From an uncultured virus (IMG/VR IMGVR_UViG_3300023240_000015) (Duplodnaviria; Heunggongvirae; Uroviricota; Caudoviricetes), in the IMG/VR virus record IMGVR_UViG_3300023240_000015: DNA of 64,000 bases. One strand, given 5' to 3'. Positions within the stretch are counted from its first letter, which is position 1, and each line of letters begins with the position of its first letter. The position numbers and the translations under genes were made by a program. The notes under the pieces are model-generated. The model made no database searches. It was given only the letters and a program-made list of their open reading frames with translations, and was not told the origin of the DNA. Shown in pieces: positions 1 through 9,981 of this stretch.

Positions 1-4
1 AATC

Positions 5-275
5 ATGAATAAAATCAAATCTAAATCGAAGCCCAGCCCCGAAGCCCAGCCCCGAAACCCAAAGTGCCAGCGGGAATGATTCGAGTTCATCGTCTTGTTC
101 TCCTAAGATTATCCAAATCCTGATCGCTCCGAATGACTCCACATGGCAAGGGATTCTACTCGGACTTGGGGACGATGGGATTACTTACCAAGTCGGGACA
201 GGGACGAAATGGGAACCAATGATTCGCCATCTCGGATTTAAGGAGAACGCAAAGGTCAGAGGCGGCGGAGGTTAG
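5..275 (+). pseudogene. Small GC-rich cassette-like gene frameshifted by a 13-bp tandem duplication
   Basis: ATG at 5 stops at TGA 77-79. cgaagcccagccc occurs twice (27-39, 40-52); removing one copy joins the ATG to the frame ...SCSPKIIQILIAPNDSTWQGILLGLGDDG...ENAKVRGGGG* ending at TAG 273-275. Confidence 0.6.
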
Positions 276-313
276 GTGAGGCGTTGTCCGCCGTTCTCTG
301 GACCGATCTTTCG
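243..313. repeat. attC-like imperfect palindrome
   Basis: AAC-N5-GGTCAGAGGCGGCGGA...TCCGCCGTtCTCTgGACC, with two unpaired bases; the terminal GTT is degenerate. Confidence 0.45.
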
Positions 314-360
314 ACTATTTTATTTTGTCGAATGGTAAAAATGACACTAGTTGTAAGATT

Positions 361-975
361 TTAAAGACCATCTTCGATAAATTTCGCTTCTGCATCTCTA
401 CGACGAAGCAATCCTTTCACATGAGGCCATAATCTTTTCATAGATCGGATCTGTGCAGGAATTTTAGACCATTTTTTAGATATAAATAAGTTTCGAATTT
501 CCATCATCTCTTTTCTAGAATTTCCGGTCAACTTGGTTCCTCTATTGAACACAATAGACACTATAGCATCGCGAACACATTGGGGCGCAAATTCAAAACC
601 AGGGAATGTTTTAGACGCTAGATTATAATATCTCTCGACGGTGTATTTATCGAACTGATCGTTGGCAATATCCCACGAAATTGTAACATCTATCAAATTA
701 CCAAGGTAATTATGAGCGGTTTCTCCATGTAACCCAATAGCACCATTCAATTTTTTAATAGTTGATCCATCTAAGAACTCACCCCATTCTTTTTTAAGAG
801 ATCTTGATGTGTTATATCCACAATCCCATCCGATACCAATGGTTACACCACTGGAAGTGGTTCGCCATGCTGGAACCGTTGGATTATTGAGGAATTTTCG
901 ATAGTATTCTCCATTAGAACCACCCGCCTCAAAATCTAAAACTAGATCTAGCCCTTTTTTGCTTAATAAATTCAT
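361..975 (-). CDS. Endolysin (lysozyme-fold, pesticin/GH24-like muramidase)
   Basis: FEAGG...SGVTIGIGWDCG, SIVFNRG and C-terminal GLLRRRDAEA motifs of phage lysozymes. Confidence 0.85.
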   Translation of the reverse strand: MNLLSKKGLDLVLDFEAGGSNGEYYRKFLNNPTVPAWRTTSSGVTIGIGWDCGYNTSRSLKKEWGEFLDGSTIKKLNGAIGLHGETAHNYLGNLIDVTISWDIANDQFDKYTVERYYNLASKTFPGFEFAPQCVRDAIVSIVFNRGTKLTGNSRKEMMEIRNLFISKKWSKIPAQIRSMKRLWPHVKGLLRRRDAEAKFIEDGL

Positions 976-1406
976 TATTCTTCCTCATAATCGGGTTTAC
1001 TTCTACCTTCATCTATTTGTGCAATAGATTGGTTCAAATTTTGAACCAGATTAGAATTTTCCCCCGAAAGGTTCACTGCCGATGTCGAACCATATTTAAA
1101 ATCCAGAGTTGTTTGAGCACCAATATAAACCGCGATAATAACCGCCAATATTTCAACAATTTTAGAAAAAATTGTAACATATGGAACTATTATCAATGGA
1201 TATAAAGATGTTATGAATAAAATCCCAACACCAACAAAAAAGAAAACTACCAATATAGCAATAGACGAGAAAATAACGAAAAATTTCTTACTTGTTAAAA
1301 AATTTAAAGATTCCAGATCCTCATTAGATCCAGCAGTTGGCGGTGATTTACCACTTTGAAGCATTGTTGCACCACCAGCGATAATATTCATTATCGATTT
1401 CCACAT
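975..1406 (-). CDS. Holin-like membrane protein
   Basis: SKKF followed by hydrophobic segments; directly upstream of the endolysin. Confidence 0.55.
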   Translation of the reverse strand: MWKSIMNIIAGGATMLQSGKSPPTAGSNEDLESLNFLTSKKFFVIFSSIAILVVFFFVGVGILFITSLYPLIIVPYVTIFSKIVEILAVIIAVYIGAQTTLDFKYGSTSAVNLSGENSNLVQNLNQSIAQIDEGRSKPDYEEE

Positions 1407-1410
1407 AATT

Positions 1411-1689
1411 TTAGTAATTCATCTTCTGTAGAATCTCGGCTACTCGATTTGCACCTTTTTGATAAACTGCCACAACAATAAGTTCTTCACCTTTCCATAC
1501 ACCAAAATTTCTTGAATTTTTATAACGAGCTACTTTGATATCAGACTGTTGTGATGTCGGTGCCGGATTATTACCGATTTCCGGATTTTGTTGTGGATTT
1601 TGTTGTGGATTTTGACCAGATGGTTGAAGATTTTTGATATCAGTCATCATACTATCCAAACCTTCGTTTATAAGTTTTTTAAAGTTCAT
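1411..1689 (-). CDS. Hypothetical protein with QNPQ repeats
   Basis: ORF; C-terminal RNFGVWKGEELIVVAVYQKGA domain; TAATTA motif upstream. Confidence 0.7.
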   Translation of the reverse strand: MNFKKLINEGLDSMMTDIKNLQPSGQNPQQNPQQNPEIGNNPAPTSQQSDIKVARYKNSRNFGVWKGEELIVVAVYQKGANRVAEILQKMNY

Positions 1690-1693
1690 AATA

Positions 1694-1822
1694 TTAGATA
1701 ATTAGTCCAAAAATCAAACCGATTACAAATCCAGTGATAAAAATACTGAATTTTGGGTTCTTTAGAAGCCAATCCTTGATATTTCGGACAATTGTTAAAA
1801 ATTTCGATTCTATATTTGACAT
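1694..1822 (-). CDS. 42-aa single-TM membrane protein (not in ORF track)
   Basis: MSNIESKFLTIVRNIKDWLLKNPKFSIFITGFVIGLIFGLII*; fills the gap between co-oriented genes. Confidence 0.6.
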   Translation of the reverse strand: MSNIESKFLTIVRNIKDWLLKNPKFSIFITGFVIGLIFGLII

Positions 1823-1826
1823 AAGA

Positions 1827-2051
1827 TTACTTAGTATTCTTATTCGCCAACATTTCTCTTAGAACATTTTCGAACGAGAATTCTACAACCCCTGTAGGAG
1901 ATGTTTTAGGAACATCGGGTTCTTTTGGTAATATCGAATGAAAGGTTTCCAATAATTTTTTTTCTAAATTATCTATAGTTGGATCTTTTTCGATGGTAGA
2001 ACCGAACGGTCCAATTTTTTCATTACTAGATATGTATCCATATGGAGACAT
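1827..2051 (-). CDS. Hypothetical protein
   Basis: ORF abutting its neighbours on the same strand. Confidence 0.6.
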   Translation of the reverse strand: MSPYGYISSNEKIGPFGSTIEKDPTIDNLEKKLLETFHSILPKEPDVPKTSPTGVVEFSFENVLREMLANKNTK

Positions 2052-2052
2052 T

Positions 2053-2739
2053 TTAGAGGATGCCTTTTATACGCAAATATGTTGCCCCCAAGATCACAAC
2101 GATCAGTGCAACAATAACTATATTACGTTGCAAAATAGCCAGATCTTTTTGAACCAACTTCTTTTGCATGATGTTCAGATCTTTGACCATTTTAGAATTC
2201 ATTTGACTTTGTTTGGTCAATTCGTTGGTGACGCGATTTTGTAAGGATAGTAGATTTTTATTATCTCGTTCTAATTGTTTTGAAAACTCTCGGGTTTTCA
2301 ATAATTCTGACCATTCTTCGGAACCTTCGATCAATAATTTAGCATCTTTGAATTTTTCTGGTATGACCAAACGTAAAACATCATTGTTATTAGAATCTAA
2401 CATAGGATTTACTGGATAAGATTTGGGTGTTTGGATAGACCCAAACCTTTGTAAAGGTGGGTATACATAATCTTTATCCTTTTCAACGTTCACCTTCAAA
2501 TAATGTTCTGGTGATTCATTCTTGGTAACAATTGATGAAATCTTTACACGTTTCTTAGGTGGAAATGCTAATTTTTCAGCTTCTTTAGAATAATGATCAG
2601 CAAGATCAAATCTGGCAGCGTCTATAGAATCAGCAGTAGCAGTAACGGCTTGGGAAAGTGCCTCGCTTCGTTTCTCAGTATACACTGTGCAAGATGTCGT
2701 CATAAAAAGACATGCTAAAATAATCATTATTGTTCTCAT
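2053..2739 (-). CDS. Lipoprotein with C-terminal TM helix; probable unimolecular spanin
   Basis: Lipoprotein signal ending TTSC, coiled-coil region, C-terminal IVIVALIVVILGATYL; sits in the lysis cluster. Confidence 0.65.
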   Translation of the reverse strand: MRTIMIILACLFMTTSCTVYTEKRSEALSQAVTATADSIDAARFDLADHYSKEAEKLAFPPKKRVKISSIVTKNESPEHYLKVNVEKDKDYVYPPLQRFGSIQTPKSYPVNPMLDSNNNDVLRLVIPEKFKDAKLLIEGSEEWSELLKTREFSKQLERDNKNLLSLQNRVTNELTKQSQMNSKMVKDLNIMQKKLVQKDLAILQRNIVIVALIVVILGATYLRIKGIL

Positions 2740-2757
2740 ATTAAATAATTAGTTCAT

Positions 2758-3804
2758 ATGACCTACGGTAAGTTCGAAATCCTTTATCAAAATATTTTAG
2801 AATCCTATAACAAGCCAACAAGAATTGTAAAAACGATTAAAGTTGGTGATAATCAATATAAGATTGATCGAGAAATGCCCGATGGTAGCATTATGCGAAG
2901 TCCAGAAACATATGATTCTGACATGTTATCTAGAGTCCTAAAAACCTCGGAAGATATTTTAAAAAATTATGAAGACAATTTAGAAAACCAAAGAATGGAA
3001 GAAGAAGAAAAATCTTCTCCTGATTACGAAGAACCAGAAGAAGATTTTGAAACCGTTGGATTATCTGGTGAATATTGGTTCGATGATAATGGAACTACCA
3101 TGTATGCCGATGCTAATGTTAGTGACATGAACCATGAAGCATATGTCGTCCAAAAATGTGCATCAGAAGTTCTATCCTACTTTGATATGGGATATGAAGA
3201 TGATCCTAACCTAGAACAAAATGAAGATGCTATTCTACAATATATAGTAGATAACGGTGACTACGAAGATGATGAAGATCAATACGAAGCACTAAAACTT
3301 ATGAAACATGATCCAGCCGATGCCATGATTGATTATCTTAAAAAACAAGGTGTTGAAAATGCAAACGATTTAGTTATGCACGGATATGGATGCACTAACG
3401 ATTCTCGGGAATATGCTATTAAGAATTGGGGATGGTCTAGAGTTGCTGGAGATTCGATAGAAACAAAAGAATTAACCCGAGATACTTTAAAGACTATTGC
3501 CCGAGGAATTAGTAATGCACTTGACGAAGAGGGTAAAATATATGAATATGAAAGTAACCCCGAAATTCTCGATCAACATCAATATACCATATCAACTTAT
3601 TTCGGTAATCGATATGACATCACTCTAACAGATATGGAAAGTGGCAATGTTCAAGGACTAGAACGATCCGATTTAGAAGTTAAGGCAACAGCAGCAACTC
3701 AACAAGTGAGACAAATGGATATAGATAGTATGCCTTCATATTATCGAAATAAAGGAGTTATAGGAGATTCTTACATTTTGCATTATATGAAAGAACTCGA
3801 CTAA
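2758..3804 (+). CDS. Acidic hypothetical protein (possible internal head protein)
   Basis: 348-aa ORF; N-terminus KFEILYQNILES; late motif upstream. Confidence 0.75.
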   Translation: MTYGKFEILYQNILESYNKPTRIVKTIKVGDNQYKIDREMPDGSIMRSPETYDSDMLSRVLKTSEDILKNYEDNLENQRMEEEEKSSPDYEEPEEDFETVGLSGEYWFDDNGTTMYADANVSDMNHEAYVVQKCASEVLSYFDMGYEDDPNLEQNEDAILQYIVDNGDYEDDEDQYEALKLMKHDPADAMIDYLKKQGVENANDLVMHGYGCTNDSREYAIKNWGWSRVAGDSIETKELTRDTLKTIARGISNALDEEGKIYEYESNPEILDQHQYTISTYFGNRYDITLTDMESGNVQGLERSDLEVKATAATQQVRQMDIDSMPSYYRNKGVIGDSYILHYMKELD

Positions 3805-3812
3805 GTAATTTC

Positions 3813-4235
3813 ATGTCATCTAAATTTAACGACCTTTTTAAACAATCATATATTCGATTATTCGAAGAAGAATTTCCACCTAAAGATTTTCCCGAAGAAG
3901 AGGATGAATTAAATTCACCCGAAAATGTAGTAAAGCCTAAAAATGTTCCAAATCCGATGGAAGACGAAGAACAAGATTTTGGAGACGATTTTGCACCTGT
4001 TGATCTCCCAGAGGATAACGGTAGTCAATTACCAGATCCTAAAGAATCTGAGACAGTTACTATCAATCTTCTTAATACCTTTATTGATTTTATGAATCTA
4101 CCTGAAAATACTAAACAAGAATTTTTAAGAAGTTATACATCACCAACTGCTAGAGCTAATTCTGAAAATTATAAAACTATGTTAGATGTTTTAAAAAGTA
4201 TTACTAATGAAAAACTACCAGAACAAATCATTTAA
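3813..4235 (+). CDS. Acidic hypothetical protein
   Basis: ORF with TAAGTA at 3802. Confidence 0.75.
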   Translation: MSSKFNDLFKQSYIRLFEEEFPPKDFPEEEDELNSPENVVKPKNVPNPMEDEEQDFGDDFAPVDLPEDNGSQLPDPKESETVTINLLNTFIDFMNLPENTKQEFLRSYTSPTARANSENYKTMLDVLKSITNEKLPEQII

Positions 4236-4275
4236 TATTTGACTTTTAGAAAAATTACTTTATTATAAATTCATA

Positions 4276-4557
4276 ATGAGTAAAGAAATTATATCAATTG
4301 AATTAACAAATGAAGAATATAGAACTATTCTCGAATCTTTATTGTTTTCTTGTTCTTTGGATGTTTCTTCAAAATGGTATGAAGAAGATGTCATGATTAC
4401 AAAAGATCTTGCTATTCGATTGAGAACAACACGACCCGACATTTTAACCGAAAACGTAAAAGTTGTCACAAATATCAACTCGATTGATATCATGGACGAC
4501 AACCACACCGACGAACTTCTAGAATTTTTTCCAGAAATAGTTGAAAAAATAAAATAG
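4276..4557 (+). CDS. Hypothetical protein
   Basis: ORF preceded by a TTGACT...TATTAT promoter-like sequence. Confidence 0.7.
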   Translation: MSKEIISIELTNEEYRTILESLLFSCSLDVSSKWYEEDVMITKDLAIRLRTTRPDILTENVKVVTNINSIDIMDDNHTDELLEFFPEIVEKIK

Positions 4558-4576
4558 TGGTGTATATATTGTTGAT

Positions 4577-5239
4577 ATGAAAATTTGTGTAACAGGTTCG
4601 TCTAATTTAGGAAAAACTACATATATCCGAGATTTCTTGAAAAAATGGCCGATGTATACAACGCCAGAAAAATCCTACAGGGATGTAATCGAAGAAAAAA
4701 ATTTGATAATTAATGAAAATGGTAGCGAAGAGTCTCAAAAAATTATTCTCGATGCCTTGATCGACCAATGCACCGCTCATTCTAAAGACGACATGGTAAT
4801 TTTTGACCGATGTGTTCTAGATAATCTAGCATATACATCTTGGTTGCACATCAATGATAAAGTATCGAAAAAGTTTTTGGATACTACTAGAGATATCGTC
4901 CAAGAATGCTTGAAATTGTATGATCTTCTATTTTTCTTTCCTATTACCAAATTTTCCGAAATTGCCATCGAATCTGATGGTCTTAGGAGCACCGATCCGA
5001 AATATCGGGAAGAAATCGATCAATTGTTTAAAGCGTTTCAAACATCATATCATTCAGGTGATGGGAGAGTATTCCCAACTGGGGAATGTCCTGCAATGAT
5101 AGAGATTTTTGGTAACCCCGAACAGAGAATTGCGTTAACATCTCTTTACATTACCAAAGATGGAACTCATTATGGCGACGAAGACAGTTTGATGTCTGAC
5201 ATCACCATGCCTCCTGAAAAAAGCATTATTGTCCCTTAA
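4577..5239 (+). CDS. P-loop NTPase / nucleotide-kinase-like (AAA_28/NadR-type) protein
   Basis: Walker A GSSNLGKTT; IFDRCVLDNLAY motif. Confidence 0.75.
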   Translation: MKICVTGSSNLGKTTYIRDFLKKWPMYTTPEKSYRDVIEEKNLIINENGSEESQKIILDALIDQCTAHSKDDMVIFDRCVLDNLAYTSWLHINDKVSKKFLDTTRDIVQECLKLYDLLFFFPITKFSEIAIESDGLRSTDPKYREEIDQLFKAFQTSYHSGDGRVFPTGECPAMIEIFGNPEQRIALTSLYITKDGTHYGDEDSLMSDITMPPEKSIIVP

Positions 5240-5259
5240 AAAGCATAAGTAATTTATAT

Positions 5260-6045
5260 ATGAACAAGACTAAATTTGATATTTTCGTTGAAAATATTTT
5301 AGATATTACCGAGGGTAGAAAACCAAAAACGTACAACAAGATGGTTATTGATTTTGATAAACTTGAAAATGATGTCAACACTTTACCTGATAGTAACCCC
5401 TTTAAAAAGATTTATACATTCGCTCTGAGAGGATTGAAGCAGTATAACGACAATGAGTATTTTTCTAACGAAGAAATGTCTGGAGAATCTAAGACTTTAC
5501 CAGAATGGGAAGAAGCTATAGTCAATGCATATTCGGGACAAGCCCTAAGCTCTATAGAGAAAATTCGTTTCGCCGAAAGATTTTTTAATTTTGTTAAAGA
5601 CCCAGATCGTCAGTATTTTTCCGAATATGTTGGGGAAATCCCTGCTGATAAACGTGTTGAAAGTGTTCAACAACACATTTACGATTTTATCCATCAATCC
5701 GAAAGTGGTTCTGCGTCGGTTGAAGAAGTTGTTCAGTATATTGAACGTTACGGCCATGATGCCAACGAAGTTAAAGATATTATCCAAAAAATGGTATCAG
5801 ATAATCAAATATCCAACGAAGATAATATATTAACCGTATTACAAGACCCATCTTTAGATTCTTTGGACCCCGAAGAGAGTGATCTAGAAAGTTCTGGTGA
5901 TGATATGGAAGCATTCCGAGATGAAACAGGTGAAGATGAAGACCCTGAATCTGGTATTTCCGACGACATTGCCGCAGAATTAGGAATCGATAAAAACGAT
6001 CCGTTCGGTGATGAACAGTTTTTATCGGATAACGAATCTTACTAA
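5260..6045 (+). CDS. Acidic hypothetical protein
   Basis: 261-aa ORF; TAAGTA at 5246. Confidence 0.75.
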   Translation: MNKTKFDIFVENILDITEGRKPKTYNKMVIDFDKLENDVNTLPDSNPFKKIYTFALRGLKQYNDNEYFSNEEMSGESKTLPEWEEAIVNAYSGQALSSIEKIRFAERFFNFVKDPDRQYFSEYVGEIPADKRVESVQQHIYDFIHQSESGSASVEEVVQYIERYGHDANEVKDIIQKMVSDNQISNEDNILTVLQDPSLDSLDPEESDLESSGDDMEAFRDETGEDEDPESGISDDIAAELGIDKNDPFGDEQFLSDNESY

Positions 6046-6220
6046 TAAGTGATTAAAGATATAGAGAGTTAGAAATATAATTATATAGATTATATTTCAA
6101 CCCGAACAATTTGGGATTCCCTCTCTATTTTTAAAAAATCATTTGGAGACGATGTTTCCACTACACTAACCCACAATCTTCATGGTGGTGGGAGAATTTA
6201 TCCAAAGGAAAAAGGATAAT

Positions 6221-6248
6221 TTGACATAATATAATTCCGTGCCATAAT
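6221..6248 (+). promoter_or_regulatory. Sigma70-like promoter of the primase gene
   Basis: TTGACA-N16-CATAAT. Confidence 0.55.
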
Positions 6249-6253
6249 ACGGT

Positions 6254-7201
6254 ATGGAATTATCCGAAGAATATGTTTTAAATGCTATATTTACCTATGC
6301 AGGTAGCCCCGAAAGAAATAGGTTTGATGGCAATTATAATTGCGGATGTCCTATTTGTAGAGAAGGAAAAAGTTGGGGTAAAAAAAAGAGATTATTCTAT
6401 TACCCCAAGACTAAATCATTTTTTTGCTTCAATTGTTCAGAATCATGGACGGCTAAGAGATGGGTTCATGAAGTTTCCGGTCTTTCCTACACCGAAATGT
6501 TATCCGAAGGTGGTCAAGAAGACATTTCTATAGACATTCTACTCAATAAACCACTTAAAAAGGTAAATTTACCATCGCTTCCAAGTGATTCTGTTAATAT
6601 TTCAGATGAAACACAGATATCTTACTATAAAAAAAATAAATGGGTTCGTAAGGCTCTTTCCTATATTGAAAAGAGGCGTTTAAATACCGCGATAAATGCT
6701 CCAAAGAAGTTTTACATGAGCCTCACCGATTATACCCATAAAAACCGTCTGGTGATACCTTTCTGGGATAATGCGGGGCATATATCATTTTATCAGACTC
6801 GATCACTGGATGGATCAAATCCCAGATATCTAGGAAAGTATGGATCGGATAAAACTATATTTGGAATTGAAAAAGTAGATCCAAAATTCGAATATATCTT
6901 TTTATTCGAGGGTGCTATAGATTCCTGCTTTGTTAAAAATGGGGTTGGGTTAGCTGGATTGACTCTTTCGAAAAAACAAGAAATTCAACTGGCAGAATTT
7001 CCATTTCATCAAAAAATATGGGTTTTGGATAATATTTCGGTCACTAAAGATGACGAAACTAAAAACAAAACTATAAAGTTGCTAAACGATGGAGAAAAAA
7101 TTTTTAAATGGTCAAATCATCATAAAGATCTGAATGATTGGTGTATTCAAGACCAAATAGATCATATTGACCCAGAAACCATTATTCAAAATCTTTACTG
7201 A
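6254..7201 (+). CDS. gp61: DNA primase (T4 gp61-like)
   Basis: CPIC...FCFNC zinc finger, RLVIPF, Toprim FEGAIDS, KDLND. Confidence 0.9.
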   Translation: MELSEEYVLNAIFTYAGSPERNRFDGNYNCGCPICREGKSWGKKKRLFYYPKTKSFFCFNCSESWTAKRWVHEVSGLSYTEMLSEGGQEDISIDILLNKPLKKVNLPSLPSDSVNISDETQISYYKKNKWVRKALSYIEKRRLNTAINAPKKFYMSLTDYTHKNRLVIPFWDNAGHISFYQTRSLDGSNPRYLGKYGSDKTIFGIEKVDPKFEYIFLFEGAIDSCFVKNGVGLAGLTLSKKQEIQLAEFPFHQKIWVLDNISVTKDDETKNKTIKLLNDGEKIFKWSNHHKDLNDWCIQDQIDHIDPETIIQNLY

Positions 7202-7815
7202 ATAGGTCCGGTGGTTTGAGCCGCATCTCTCTGTTTTTTTGGTGCCGTAATTATGAATGTATTCAAAACTTCTTTCAATTTTTCAACTTCACCCGCAATA
7301 CGGGTAATAGAATCGGTGGCTTTTCTGGTGATACCTCGAAGGACGCTACCTGCTCGATCAGAATCCGCCAAAATTCGATGAAGTGATGTAGATTTATCAG
7401 GATCATTCAGAAAATTTGCAAATTCGTCTAACTTATCAGCCCAAACTTTGATTTGTTGAACACTTTGTTGAGTTACGCTAGGGTCAACGCCCCGAACTTC
7501 AAAATTATCATTTTCAGTTTCCGGATTTAGAGAATTTTCAAAATCGGATTGATTTCTTTCTGGTGTGAAATCGTCGGGAGATGATCCCGTAGAGTCTTCT
7601 GACCCAGAACCATCGATAGGTTCAACGGCATCACGACCTTGTTCTCTAAGAAGTGCCGAAACAAAGCTCTTGATAAACGGAATATCGCTCTCATTTAACT
7701 CAATTGTTCGCATATTTGAATTTAAAACGCGATTTACTTCGGAATTTACCTTTTTAGATGGTTTTGGAATAAGAGATTTCATAGATTTTTTCGTGTTTTT
7801 TAATTTTACCGACAT
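7195..7815 (-). CDS. Hypothetical protein
   Basis: 206-aa ORF. Confidence 0.7.
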   Translation of the reverse strand: MSVKLKNTKKSMKSLIPKPSKKVNSEVNRVLNSNMRTIELNESDIPFIKSFVSALLREQGRDAVEPIDGSGSEDSTGSSPDDFTPERNQSDFENSLNPETENDNFEVRGVDPSVTQQSVQQIKVWADKLDEFANFLNDPDKSTSLHRILADSDRAGSVLRGITRKATDSITRIAGEVEKLKEVLNTFIITAPKKQRDAAQTTGPIQ

Positions 7816-7898
7816 ATATGAAATTACTTATTCTTTATGGTGACATATATCGAAATTATCGACTTGACATTTTCATTTATTGCTTTAACATAACAAAC

Positions 7899-8582
7899 AT
7901 GACAACCCTTAAAGATGTAATTGATAATTTTATTATAGTAACTGCTACCCGAGGATCGGGAACTGATTTGTTGATTAATCGACCAATCGGAACATTCTTA
8001 GAAAAAACTGGATGGGATAAAAAAACCGAAATCATCGAAAACAATAAGGAAGGACTTTCAAAATGTTACAATAAATTCTTAACAGATAAGTATAAAGGAA
8101 AATATATTTTATTTGTCCACGACGATCTGTTGATAAGCGATCTTTTTTTTGCTGAAAAAATCGCCTTGGCCTTTGATAAATATGACATCATCGGACTAGC
8201 AGGGTCTAAAACCTGTAATTTAGAATCCGATGTTACTGCATGGCACACCATGACCGAGCGCAAAGATATGGTGGGTGAAGTTTCTCATACAAAAGATGAT
8301 AAGGTTTGGACAACTTGTTTCGGACCAACGGATTCTAGGGCACTTGTGATCGATAGTCTATTTATTGGCGTGAATGTAGACATTGCCCTAGAAAAAGGTC
8401 TTAAATTCGATGAACGATTTGACTTTCACCATCTAGATATCGATTTCTCACTAGAAGCCAATAAATTAAAAATTAAGACTGGTGTTTTTCAATTATCTGT
8501 GATACATTTCGGTCTAGGTGATTCTATGCAGTCTGAAAGATGGAAAGAATCTTCGGTAAAATTTAAGGAAAAATATAAATGA
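7899..8582 (+). CDS. Glycosyltransferase family 2-like protein
   Basis: GLSKCYN, FVHDD, IIGLAG, FDERFDFHHLDIDFS motifs; start moved to the ATG at 7899, downstream of a TTGACA promoter. Confidence 0.75.
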   Translation: MTTLKDVIDNFIIVTATRGSGTDLLINRPIGTFLEKTGWDKKTEIIENNKEGLSKCYNKFLTDKYKGKYILFVHDDLLISDLFFAEKIALAFDKYDIIGLAGSKTCNLESDVTAWHTMTERKDMVGEVSHTKDDKVWTTCFGPTDSRALVIDSLFIGVNVDIALEKGLKFDERFDFHHLDIDFSLEANKLKIKTGVFQLSVIHFGLGDSMQSERWKESSVKFKEKYK

Positions 8583-8773
8583 AATCGACAACACCAAAAA
8601 ATAAAAAACCAAAGACGAAACATTCAAAATTAATCGCCGAGATCGATAAAACTATTTTAATCCTTCGCGATGGATGGATCGATGCGAATGCAAAGGCCAA
8701 AAAAAAATGGATCGATAAGATCGATGGTGAATTGGATAATAGACTAAAATTGATGTCTTCACGGGATGGATAA
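8579..8773 (+). CDS. Hypothetical protein
   Basis: ORF overlapping the stop/start of its neighbours. Confidence 0.65.
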   Translation: MKSTTPKNKKPKTKHSKLIAEIDKTILILRDGWIDANAKAKKKWIDKIDGELDNRLKLMSSRDG

Positions 8774-9164
8774 CTTATTTAAATTTTTAGATTTCATTTT
8801 AAAAAAATGGGGATCTGATCCTATTGTTGATACAGACACCGTTCCTCCATTTATTTTGAATAGATGGATATCTATGACGACACCCACTAATGCCATGATC
8901 GTTAATTTGACTCATAACAGATGGAACAATGTAGAAGGGGGTTCAGATTTTATAAAATCATCTAGATTTTACCGGACCGTTTTACCCACAACTAATAAAA
9001 ACGCATCATATATTAAAAAATCCGAAGCAAAGGCTATAAAGGTAGATAAAGACGATATCAATTACTTTGACCCAGCGATCATTTGTAGAAATATGGATAT
9101 ATCTATGAGAGAATATATTTCATATAATAAAACACTTGCAGAATTAGAGGCTATTGGTAAATAG
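8766..9164 (+). CDS. gp62: Clamp loader small subunit (gp62-like)
   Basis: LFKFLDFI...PFILNRWISM pattern. Confidence 0.65.
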   Translation: MDNLFKFLDFILKKWGSDPIVDTDTVPPFILNRWISMTTPTNAMIVNLTHNRWNNVEGGSDFIKSSRFYRTVLPTTNKNASYIKKSEAKAIKVDKDDINYFDPAIICRNMDISMREYISYNKTLAELEAIGK

Positions 9165-9170
9165 TTTTCT

Positions 9171-9554
9171 ATGATAGAACGTCCTCACAATATTGAAAAC
9201 CTTAACCGTGGATTGGTTGAACTCGAAAGTTATAAAAATTCTGATATCAACTTAGACGGTTGGGAATTAACCACTGTCCTTTATGACACCCTATTTGTGC
9301 AATACGCAGACGTATCAGCAGACGGTAGAGAAGTTAAAAGAGGCTCCCTATATGTGCCAATTGATGCTGTAAATTTTGCATGGAGAATTGGCAAGGTTAT
9401 TTTGGCTGGAACCGATTGCAAAGTCGTCAAACAAGGAGATCATGTTATGTTCCCAAACGATAAAGGAATTAAAGCCGCGAACATCAACGGAATTTCTAAC
9501 GTAATTTTCCTAAGCGAAAGTCGAATTTTTGGAGTTGTAAAACCAACAGAATAA
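9171..9554 (+). CDS. GroES-like co-chaperonin
   Basis: GKVILAGTDCKVVKQGDHVMF...FLSESRIFGVV. Confidence 0.8.
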   Translation: MIERPHNIENLNRGLVELESYKNSDINLDGWELTTVLYDTLFVQYADVSADGREVKRGSLYVPIDAVNFAWRIGKVILAGTDCKVVKQGDHVMFPNDKGIKAANINGISNVIFLSESRIFGVVKPTE

Positions 9555-9979
9555 TGGCCGGAATTTCGAGAGATGGTTTAAAATCTTCTGCGTTTAAAAA
9601 CGTATTAGAAATAGTTTTTGTCCGGAGAGATAAAAATAGACGACCTACAGTCAGAAGAATGCTTATGACTCTCGATCCATTGCTTTTAAATTCAGAATTA
9701 GGTAAAAAAATTCTAAGATTCCGAAAACCTCGAAATGCACCAGCATATAATGCAGCATCTAAAAACCTATTGGTTGTATGGGATATTATCATGCAGGATT
9801 GGAGATCAGTCCCATTAGAAAGTATCCGAATTGCTAGGACAATTCCAACCAGATCCCAGAAAAATCTCAACAATGTTCTGGAAAACAAAAAAGCACAGCA
9901 CGATTTCTGGGAATATTTTAATGGAACGGTTTTAAAATGGACACCAGCACAGAAATCAGCATTTATAGATAGACCATAA
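9554..9979 (+). CDS. Conserved phage protein (Sm/WYL_2-like fold)
   Basis: EIVFVRR...RRMLMTL...VVWDIIMQDWRSV. Confidence 0.6.
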   Translation: MAGISRDGLKSSAFKNVLEIVFVRRDKNRRPTVRRMLMTLDPLLLNSELGKKILRFRKPRNAPAYNAASKNLLVVWDIIMQDWRSVPLESIRIARTIPTRSQKNLNNVLENKKAQHDFWEYFNGTVLKWTPAQKSAFIDRP

Positions 9980-9981
9980 TT

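Noticed and set aside
6048..6220. AT-rich inverted repeat before the primase gene as a replication origin
   Set aside because: Only one short palindrome (GAAATATAAT/ATTATATTTC) and no iterons; insufficient support.
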